64,000 nucleotides of DNA, taken from the IMG/VR virus record IMGVR_UViG_3300042914_002678; one strand, 5' to 3'. Below the pieces are notes generated by a model. It made no database searches, was not told the origin of the DNA, and saw only the letters and a program-made list of their open reading frames with translations. Positions 15,305 to 21,274 of the stretch are shown piece by piece; positions within the stretch are counted from its first letter, which is position 1; each line of letters opens with the position of its first letter. Origin of the DNA: a virus. Its lineage: Duplodnaviria; Caudoviricetes. The position numbers were made by a program, and so were the translations under genes.

Positions 15305-15437
15305 AACTCAATTCTTTATTCTTGATGCTGAACAATTCCAAGAATACACACAATTAGCAGATGAGGTTGGTGTTACATTAGACTATTATTTGTCTGAGTT
15401 TTGTGATGTCGAAGGACCAACCATTACTAGCAATTAA
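15297..15437 (+). CDS. Small acidic protein (not in ORF track)
   Basis: 46 aa ...ADEVGVTLDYYLSEF...; stop supplied by repeat copy 12. Confidence 0.6.
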   Translation: MIETQFFILDAEQFQEYTQLADEVGVTLDYYLSEFCDVEGPTITSN

Positions 15438-15469
15438 AGTTAGGATCGTCGAAAGTGTCCTAGTAGTAT
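15434..15469 (+). repeat. 36-bp junction repeat, copy 12
   Basis: TTAAAGTTAGGATCGTCGAAAGTGTCCTAGTAGTAT. Confidence 0.95.
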
Positions 15470-15668
15470 GAGCAACACTTCAATCAACTACAATCTCATC
15501 AAGCAACAACTTGGCACTGTTGTGATTGATAGCAACTGGAAAGAATACGTCGTTTCTGATTATAAGATTGGATGCGATGCTTACCAACTCTGGAACAAAG
15601 AAGAGCAGCAGTATTATTATACTGACTACAATGCCTTCAATGCACTTTTCACTCAAATCTCTGGTTGA
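15468..15668 (+). CDS. Hypothetical protein
   Basis: 66 aa; only Met is from the repeat. Confidence 0.65.
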   Translation: MSNTSINYNLIKQQLGTVVIDSNWKEYVVSDYKIGCDAYQLWNKEEQQYYYTDYNAFNALFTQISG

Positions 15669-15685
15669 TTTCTAACACAAACACA

Positions 15686-15868
15686 ATGACTCAAACTGAC
15701 ATCAACAATGCAATCAATGCTGCATTTGATAATCTTTTCTCACTGAATGAGCAGTTGTTTGATTATTGGTATTGGGAACTTCACAAGACTAATGATTACC
15801 CAATCTCTGAGCGTTGGAATGAACAAACACTGTATCAGATGGAGAAGGATGTGATGATGAACTCCTGA
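15686..15868 (+). CDS. Hypothetical protein
   Basis: MTQTDINN...; ATG preferred over the track's TTG at 15665. Confidence 0.55.
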   Translation: MTQTDINNAINAAFDNLFSLNEQLFDYWYWELHKTNDYPISERWNEQTLYQMEKDVMMNS

Positions 15869-15873
15869 GGCAA

Positions 15874-15909
15874 TTAAAGTTAGGATCGCCCAAAGTGTCC
15901 TAGTAGTAT
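15874..15909 (+). repeat. 36-bp junction repeat, copy 13
   Basis: TTAAAGTTAGGATCGCCCAAAGTGTCCTAGTAGTAT. Confidence 0.95.
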
Positions 15910-15930
15910 AAGCACAACCACAAAACCACA

Positions 15931-16242
15931 ATGCGAGTCATCGAAAAGCAAATGAATGATGCAATCTCTCAAGAGATTGATTGGAAGAAAGATAACACTG
16001 AAGTTATCAACATTGAAGGTGTATCTTTTGTCTATCTGTATAACAATCTGATTGCAATGGTTGCTGATACTTGGTTGGAATTGTTTGATGGCGGACATAA
16101 GACTGCAACCACCAAGTCTCGCCTTAATGCTATTCTCCAAGCACATGGAAATGGAGAGTACATTTTCCAGAAAAACTTTGAGTGGATTGTTTATACCAAT
16201 CAAACCAATGTTCCTTTCAACAATGGTATCAAACTGAACTGA
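15931..16242 (+). CDS. Conserved phage hypothetical protein
   Basis: 103 aa; contains GGHKTATTKSRLNAIL. Confidence 0.75.
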   Translation: MRVIEKQMNDAISQEIDWKKDNTEVINIEGVSFVYLYNNLIAMVADTWLELFDGGHKTATTKSRLNAILQAHGNGEYIFQKNFEWIVYTNQTNVPFNNGIKLN

Positions 16243-16249
16243 TAATACA

Positions 16250-16399
16250 ATGACAAAATCGTTCAAAAAGTTCATCTGGAAAGACTCTAACTCTGACCAA
16301 ACAAAAGTTATCATAGCAAGGTCAGAATACTCAGCAAGGAAACAAAACTTTGGCAATCTTGCTGGTTATCTTTACTCTCACTCTGTTCCTCTTAAATGA
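16250..16399 (+). CDS. Small hypothetical protein (not in ORF track)
   Basis: 49 aa MTKSFKKFIWKDS... Confidence 0.5.
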   Translation: MTKSFKKFIWKDSNSDQTKVIIARSEYSARKQNFGNLAGYLYSHSVPLK

Positions 16400-16533
16400 C
16401 ATTCACGATTCGCTATTTCACTCCTTATCAGCAACAGTGGAGGACGCAAAGTTTCTCTACATTAGAAGAGGCAGAACGCATGGTTGAGTTTTACAAATCG
16501 TGTGGAAGTCCTGCTGAATTGGTCAACAACTAA
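16396..16533 (+). CDS. Small hypothetical protein (not in ORF track)
   Basis: 45 aa ...QWRTQSFSTLEEAERMVEFYKSCGSPA; ATGA overlap. Confidence 0.65.
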   Translation: MTFTIRYFTPYQQQWRTQSFSTLEEAERMVEFYKSCGSPAELVNN

Positions 16534-16541
16534 CTCTCTCA

Positions 16542-16778
16542 ATGTTACTCTCCAAGTCTTCATTCAACGACCAAAAAGTTCTTCCTTTCATTGTTAAGAA
16601 AGAAGCAAAAAGAACTGAAGATGGTGTCTACTCTCTACACCTATTCTCCCGAATTGTGATGACTAAGGAAGGGAAGAAGTATAGGTATCTACCTCTTAAG
16701 TTTGAAGGTGAGTTAGCAATGTTCCGTAAAAGAAGGGATGCAGAAGATTATGCAAGGTACAGATTAGCACTTGATTGA
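16542..16778 (+). CDS. Hypothetical protein
   Basis: 78 aa ORF. Confidence 0.65.
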   Translation: MLLSKSSFNDQKVLPFIVKKEAKRTEDGVYSLHLFSRIVMTKEGKKYRYLPLKFEGELAMFRKRRDAEDYARYRLALD

Positions 16779-16838
16779 ATACACATAGGGAGCAATCATC
16801 AGCATCCTTTTTTTATGCTTATTTGAGTGATTTATAGT

Positions 16839-16877
16839 AAAAAAACAATAAAAAACGATTAAAAATGTATTAAAAAA
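16839..16877. other. Four phased A-tracts
   Basis: A5-A7 runs start at 16839, 16850, 16861 and 16872 (11-bp period). Confidence 0.7.
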
Positions 16878-16898
16878 TGTATTTGAGTGTTGTAAATC

Positions 16899-16953
16899 AT
16901 TCTCAATAAGTTATAGTTTATTGAGAATCATTAGGGGTTATTATTGAGAATGA
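16899..16953. repeat. Three copies of TTATTGAGAAT (one inverted)
   Basis: ATTCTCAATAA 16899-16909 (inverted); TTATTGAGAAT 16918-16928 and 16941-16951. Confidence 0.8.
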
Positions 16954-16969
16954 GGAGGGCATTTATGAC

Positions 16970-17027
16970 CAATTAAATGTGCTCAGACCTTGTGTTTATA
17001 GTCAATTAAATGTGCTCAGACCTTGTG
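16970..17027 (+). repeat. Perfect 25-bp direct repeat pair
   Basis: CAATTAAATGTGCTCAGACCTTGTG at 16970-16994 and 17003-17027. Confidence 0.9.
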
Positions 17028-17039
17028 ATCTTAGCGTGC

Positions 17040-17068
17040 ATGATAACACGACCCCGCAAAAATGTCAA
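17040..17068 (-). promoter_or_regulatory. Minus-strand sigma70-type promoter
   Basis: The reverse complement reads TTGACA, 17 bp, TATCAT. Confidence 0.6.
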
Positions 17069-17142
17069 GACCCCCCGCGTTCTCAAATCCCCACAATCCC
17101 CCCGCACAAATACCCCACCCCATCATAAATACACCCTAGGAC

Positions 17143-17171
17143 TTGACACAAACACCAGAGCATCTTACAAT
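17143..17171 (+). promoter_or_regulatory. Sigma70-type promoter
   Basis: TTGACA (17143-17148), 17 bp, TACAAT (17166-17171). Confidence 0.75.
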
Positions 17172-17198
17172 ACCTCTATACACATTCGGAGCGTACTT

Positions 17199-17372
17199 AT
17201 GTCAGTTGCTTATCAGACAGCACAGAAGCAGCGTTATAGAATCACTCTGGATCTATCAGTGTTCGGTGACTTCGACCCACACCAGATTGACTGGGAGAAG
17301 TTATTCAAGTTGGAACCTGCAGAGAAGTGTGATGCCTACGTTGAGGACCTAAGTGTACCTGACCGCTGGTGA
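17199..17372 (+). CDS. Small hypothetical protein
   Basis: MSVAYQTAQKQRYRITLDL...; ATG after the promoter and GGAG. Confidence 0.65.
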   Translation: MSVAYQTAQKQRYRITLDLSVFGDFDPHQIDWEKLFKLEPAEKCDAYVEDLSVPDRW

Positions 17373-17384
17373 TGTGTAGGGGAA

Positions 17385-17420
17385 TTAAAGTTAGGATCGT
17401 CCAAAGTGTCCTAGTAGTAT
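17385..17420 (+). repeat. 36-bp junction repeat, copy 14 (consensus)
   Basis: TTAAAGTTAGGATCGTCCAAAGTGTCCTAGTAGTAT. Confidence 0.95.
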
Positions 17421-17595
17421 GAGCACTCCTACCCGCTACAACTTCCAGACTGGGCAATACGAACCACTGCCCGATTATCTACTCAATTCCCCCAATTATC
17501 ACGGGGACTTTGATGACAACTGGACCGCTGATGATTATGATCGTCGCCGTGCGGAACGTGATGGTTGGACCTCTCAAGTTTGGGACGGTCGCTGA
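17419..17595 (+). CDS. Small hypothetical protein (not in ORF track)
   Basis: 58 aa MSTPTRYNFQTGQYE...; only Met is from the repeat. Confidence 0.55.
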   Translation: MSTPTRYNFQTGQYEPLPDYLLNSPNYHGDFDDNWTADDYDRRRAERDGWTSQVWDGR

Positions 17596-17636
17596 CTCTA
17601 ACTCTTTCGTCCTTAATTAACACTCACTCTTCAAAA

Positions 17637-17888
17637 ATGACTGTCACTTATCAGCGTAATCTACTCTCCACTGAGTATAACGGTTGGGAGAATTATGAGA
17701 CCTGGAATGTTGCTCTCTGGATTAACAATGATGAGGGTTTGTATCACCTCGCTATGGAAGTTGGCAACTACGTTGACTTCATTGATCTGCTGAATGATCA
17801 GGGTATTGTTAGCACTCCTGACGGGGTTAAGTATAACGACCCCGGGGTAAATGTGGTCCAATTGAATAGCGATGTGTTCGACCTCTGA
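17637..17888 (+). CDS. Conserved phage hypothetical protein
   Basis: YNGWENYETWNVALWINND motif. Confidence 0.75.
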   Translation: MTVTYQRNLLSTEYNGWENYETWNVALWINNDEGLYHLAMEVGNYVDFIDLLNDQGIVSTPDGVKYNDPGVNVVQLNSDVFDL

Positions 17889-17924
17889 TTAACACATAAG
17901 ACACACACAGTTATTAACACTCTC

Positions 17925-18089
17925 ATGCGTTACATTCCACAGTCTAAGTATTCGTTTGATGAGATCTGTAAGCAATGCTCAGATGCCATCAATCGTCCTT
18001 CAAGTGTGAACATCAAACCCATCACAGTTTCTTATGATGAGGTGCGTAAGTTTTACCACTACAGCAACTCTCTGCTAGTCGCACGGTAA
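17925..18089 (+). CDS. Small hypothetical protein (not in ORF track)
   Basis: 54 aa MRYIPQSKYSFDEICKQC... Confidence 0.5.
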   Translation: MRYIPQSKYSFDEICKQCSDAINRPSSVNIKPITVSYDEVRKFYHYSNSLLVAR

Positions 18090-18167
18090 GCATCACACAA
18101 GGGAATAAGATGCGCCCTATAAAGACACTTACTTGACACACAGTTTCTTACACTTTTCTTCTTTATT

Positions 18168-18308
18168 ATGACCAAGCAAGTTCTCACCTCTCTGCTTGCC
18201 CAAGGTAACACTGGCACTGAGATTCTGTCCATTCTGGATGCAATCGTTGCTGAGCAATCCTCTGAGCAGGGTTATAACGAACCCACTGCAGATAGCATCG
18301 AGTTCTGA
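18168..18308 (+). CDS. Small hypothetical protein (not in ORF track)
   Basis: 46 aa MTKQVLTSLLAQGNTGTEILSILDAI... Confidence 0.6.
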   Translation: MTKQVLTSLLAQGNTGTEILSILDAIVAEQSSEQGYNEPTADSIEF

Positions 18309-18318
18309 TACTAACTGT

Positions 18319-18358
18319 GTGCCCCTTGGTTGACACTGAGGGGCACTTATGTTATTAT
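18319..18358 (+). promoter_or_regulatory. Stem-loop promoter with TTGACA forming the loop
   Basis: GTGCCCCTTGG-TTGACA-CTGAGGGGCAC; 17 bp to TATTAT (18353-18358), with extended TGn. Confidence 0.75.
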
Positions 18359-18505
18359 GCGTTAATGTAGTCGTTTGGCAGTTAATTGCGGGCGGTTGTT
18401 ATAGGCGCGTGGCGGCGTTGCGTTATAAAAAACCCAAACTACCCTAACCTACAGAGGTGACAAAACGCGAACGATATATCAATCTCAAAAAAATTTTCCG
18501 GAAGT

Positions 18506-18664
18506 ATGATTAGTCTTAAAAACCCCCGCAGATATACACGGAGGGCACCATATTGGAATTTTTGGAAGGTTGTATTGGCGGGATGGATGATTCGTTATCC
18601 ACGCCCCTTTTTTGTTGCACTAGGATTTTGTGTGGTTGTGATATATAATGCGGTATCAAAATAA
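18506..18664 (+). CDS. Small membrane protein (not in ORF track)
   Basis: 52 aa ...PYWNFWKVVLAGWMIRYP... Confidence 0.6.
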   Translation: MISLKNPRRYTRRAPYWNFWKVVLAGWMIRYPRPFFVALGFCVVVIYNAVSK

Positions 18665-18696
18665 GATCGAAAGAAAAAATTCCGGAGATATTTTTT

Positions 18697-18897
18697 ATGA
18701 CTCATAACGAAAAAATATATCACATCTATGCAAAGGATAAGTGTATCTTTCATTCTCTGAGAGAGGAAGAGTTTGATACAACATGGAATACTTTGAAGAA
18801 TCTTGTTGGTCTAATGAAAACTGATTATAGTGAAAGTGATTTAAGTTATGAGGAACTCTTAGTAAACAAGAAGGTGGTTGGCGATTCTTCTTATTGA
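18697..18897 (+). CDS. Hypothetical protein
   Basis: 66 aa ORF. Confidence 0.7.
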   Translation: MTHNEKIYHIYAKDKCIFHSLREEEFDTTWNTLKNLVGLMKTDYSESDLSYEELLVNKKVVGDSSY

Positions 18898-18947
18898 CAA
18901 ACACATATATAGACTGTTAAAATTGAACTTGATGGTTGATTTAACTT

Positions 18948-19715
18948 ATGGCAAAAGGATTTACTGTTAAAGCTACTGCACCAAAACCCAAAGAAGTCGA
19001 ATGGGATATTGATGCAATTAAAGAAAGAATGAAAGGTAAGAGTATTGTATTCTGTCTTCCTGGACGTGGATGCTCTTTTATTTTTCTGAAGAACTTTGTA
19101 CAACTGTGCTTTGATATGGTACAGAATGGTATGAGTATTCAGATTTCTCAAGATTATTCTTCTATGGTTAACTTTGCACGATGCAAATGTCTTGGTGCAA
19201 ATGTTCTTCGTGGACCAAAGCAAATTCCTTGGGATGGTAAACTGCAGTATGATTATCAACTTTGGATTGACTCGGATATTGTCTTTGACACTAACAAGTT
19301 CTGGCAACTCTGTGATCTTGCTCTGAGTGAGGATGGTACAGAACGTGAAGTTGTTGCTGGTTGGTATGCTACAGAGGATGGACACACAACTTCTGTCGCA
19401 CACTGGTTAGAGGAAGATGATTTCCGCAAGAATGGTGGAGTGATGAATCATGAAACCGTTGATTCTATTCAAAAGCGTAGAAAGCCCTTCACAGTGGATT
19501 ACACTGGATTTGGTTGGGTACTGATTAAGAAAGGAGTATTTGAGAATCTCGAATATCCTTGGTTTGCTCCTAAGATGCAAGTATTTGAATCTGGGAACGT
19601 ACAGGATATGTGTGGTGAGGATGTTTCATTCTGTCTTGATGCTAAAGAAGCAGGCTTTGAGATTTGGTGCGATCCTCGCATTCGTGTTGGACACGAAAAA
19701 ACCCGTATTATTTGA
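18948..19715 (+). CDS. GT-A fold glycosyltransferase-like protein
   Basis: QLWIDSDIVF (DxD), VDYTGFG, GEDVSFC, terminal VGHEK. Promoter TTGACA 18894-18899 and TAAAAT 18918-18923. Confidence 0.7.
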   Translation: MAKGFTVKATAPKPKEVEWDIDAIKERMKGKSIVFCLPGRGCSFIFLKNFVQLCFDMVQNGMSIQISQDYSSMVNFARCKCLGANVLRGPKQIPWDGKLQYDYQLWIDSDIVFDTNKFWQLCDLALSEDGTEREVVAGWYATEDGHTTSVAHWLEEDDFRKNGGVMNHETVDSIQKRRKPFTVDYTGFGWVLIKKGVFENLEYPWFAPKMQVFESGNVQDMCGEDVSFCLDAKEAGFEIWCDPRIRVGHEKTRII

Positions 19716-19728
19716 TTAGGAGATTATT

Positions 19729-19869
19729 ATGGCAAAGGGCGGATCTAATAAAGTACTTTTTCAACCTGGAGCACCAAAGAAAACTCGCCAAGGACGCTCC
19801 CCTCGCACATTACTGAGTCCAACTTCTCGTAATGGACGCAAGAAAAAATATCGCGGTCAAGGCAAATAA
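19729..19869 (+). CDS. Small basic protein (not in ORF track)
   Basis: 46 aa ending RNGRKKKYRGQGK; AGGAG RBS. Confidence 0.75.
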   Translation: MAKGGSNKVLFQPGAPKKTRQGRSPRTLLSPTSRNGRKKKYRGQGK

Positions 19870-19876
19870 TATAGAT

Positions 19877-19903
19877 AAAGCAGGAAGCAATTCCTGCTTT
19901 TTT
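19877..19903 (+). terminator. Rho-independent terminator
   Basis: AAAGCAGGAA-GCAA-TTCCTGCTTT followed by a T-run. Confidence 0.85.
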
Positions 19904-19913
19904 ATTAGGTGTT

Positions 19914-20609
19914 ATGGCATATTTAAATCACAATCTTCCAACGATTACTTGTTACATACGTAATGAGTTTTTATATAATCATAAAAAAGGGCACGGTGAG
20001 GTAACTTTATGCGACGTACACTCCGTAGCGTCCTTAGAGAAGCACGTACCCCTCTTTGAAGCGTTTTTAGAGAATGGGGTTAACTGGACTCGTAGACCCA
20101 TTCATGCATTTTGCTGGAAACCAGATGCACCTGTTCCGAAATTAGAAGAGTGTATGTGGTGGGATTGCTTTTCTCCTTATGTTGATGTTCAAATTCGTTC
20201 AAGACTAGCAGGACTACGTGCTGAATTAGTCAATTATAAAGGAGAAAAGAATGAGGGAACTTATTTGTTTACTCTTGATTGGTCATGGGAATCAAAATCT
20301 ACATTGAATACTAATTTCAGTGAAACACCAGAGCATAAATGTGCTCATTTTTTCAAGATGGATAATGGAAATTTCTATGCATACCCTAATAATAAGATAT
20401 TATGGTATGATGATGCATGGATTCGCAATAGAATTACCAAAAATCCAGGATATGAAATTGATTTAACCGAATATTCCGTCGAAAATCGTCGCAAAATCGA
20501 AACATCTGATGATTTTATGTACGAAATCAAAGAAATTCGGGATAGCAACCCCGTAAAAAGTTCTGATTTAACAAATCAGGAGCAAAAAAATGACCAAAAA
20601 AGTCGATAA
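19914..20609 (+). CDS. Conserved hypothetical protein
   Basis: 231 aa ORF. Confidence 0.75.
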   Translation: MAYLNHNLPTITCYIRNEFLYNHKKGHGEVTLCDVHSVASLEKHVPLFEAFLENGVNWTRRPIHAFCWKPDAPVPKLEECMWWDCFSPYVDVQIRSRLAGLRAELVNYKGEKNEGTYLFTLDWSWESKSTLNTNFSETPEHKCAHFFKMDNGNFYAYPNNKILWYDDAWIRNRITKNPGYEIDLTEYSVENRRKIETSDDFMYEIKEIRDSNPVKSSDLTNQEQKNDQKSR

Positions 20610-20844
20610 AGATGAAAATTTTATGAAAAATCAGTGGGGAACTGAGTTTTTATCATCAGAATATGGTTGGGAACAGAAAATCAACAAGCAGAGAATGCTT
20701 CGTGAGATTTCAAACGATGATCTAACACCAAAAAAGCATGATTTTTTCCATCAAAACGAAATTCACTCAAAAATTCGTAATGATGAAGACTATGATGACT
20801 GGGAATATGGCACTGAACCACTCTATGAATCAAAAAATCCTTAA
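20590..20844 (+). CDS. Hypothetical protein
   Basis: 84 aa; AGGAG RBS at 20578-20582. Confidence 0.7.
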   Translation: MTKKVDKDENFMKNQWGTEFLSSEYGWEQKINKQRMLREISNDDLTPKKHDFFHQNEIHSKIRNDEDYDDWEYGTEPLYESKNP

Positions 20845-20850
20845 TAAATA
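20843..20850 (+). promoter_or_regulatory. Late promoter-like motif (NATAAATA)
   Basis: AATAAATA before gp25. Similar motifs precede gp8 (35908), gp13 (45721), gp14 (46594), gp15 (49170), the fibre gene (50651), gp18 (60747), gp19 (63044, TAAATA) and gp20 (63659). Confidence 0.7.
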
Positions 20851-20870
20851 AGGTAGAATTGTAATATTCA

Positions 20871-21272
20871 ATGCCTGTAGAAAGGGTAAGTAAAGGTTTT
20901 AGGGATGTTAGTATGACTTTTCAGAGCAATCCTCTGAATGGTGACTTGATTGCGCTTAAAAATGAAAATGCGATTGCAAGATCAATCCGAAACATTGTAT
21001 TTACCCTTCCTGGTGAGAAATTTTTTAATCCAGACTTTGGATCTAGAATTTCCAGAACACTTTTCGAAAATGTTGATGATATTTCTGCATCGATTATTGT
21101 TGATGAAATTAGACAGTCAATTATAAATTATGAACCAAGAGTTAGATTGATTGATGTTCAGTCTTTTCCTGATTATGACAATAATGCTTTTGACGTAACA
21201 ATCATCTATGAAGTTATAGGAATAGATGCTTTACCTCAAGAATTACAGTTTGTATTGCAACCAACTAGGTAA
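20871..21272 (+). CDS. gp25: Baseplate wedge subunit gp25
   Basis: SIRNIVFTLPGEKFFNPDFGS...INYEPRV. Confidence 0.9.
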   Translation: MPVERVSKGFRDVSMTFQSNPLNGDLIALKNENAIARSIRNIVFTLPGEKFFNPDFGSRISRTLFENVDDISASIIVDEIRQSIINYEPRVRLIDVQSFPDYDNNAFDVTIIYEVIGIDALPQELQFVLQPTR

Positions 21273-21274
21273 AA

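Noticed and set aside
17010-17198. Upstream extension of the 17010-17372 ORF
   Set aside because: It translates promoter and C-run sequence; the ATG at 17199, after a promoter and GGAG, is more plausible.
2385-17420. The 36-bp repeats as a CRISPR array
   Set aside because: The repeat length fits, but the spacers are 0.4-3.1 kb, variable and protein-coding, and no cas genes are present.
2385-17420. The repeats as classical integron attC sites or conserved hairpins
   Set aside because: The TAGGA...TCCTA dyad is intact in only 8 of 14 copies, there are no R/L boxes, and no tyrosine or serine recombinase is recognisable in the window.
18090-18140. GGGAATAAGATGCGCCC leader as a ribozyme or riboswitch
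   Set aside because: It has only a short GGG/CCC stem and no recognisable catalytic or aptamer core; it cannot be supported without an Rfam search.
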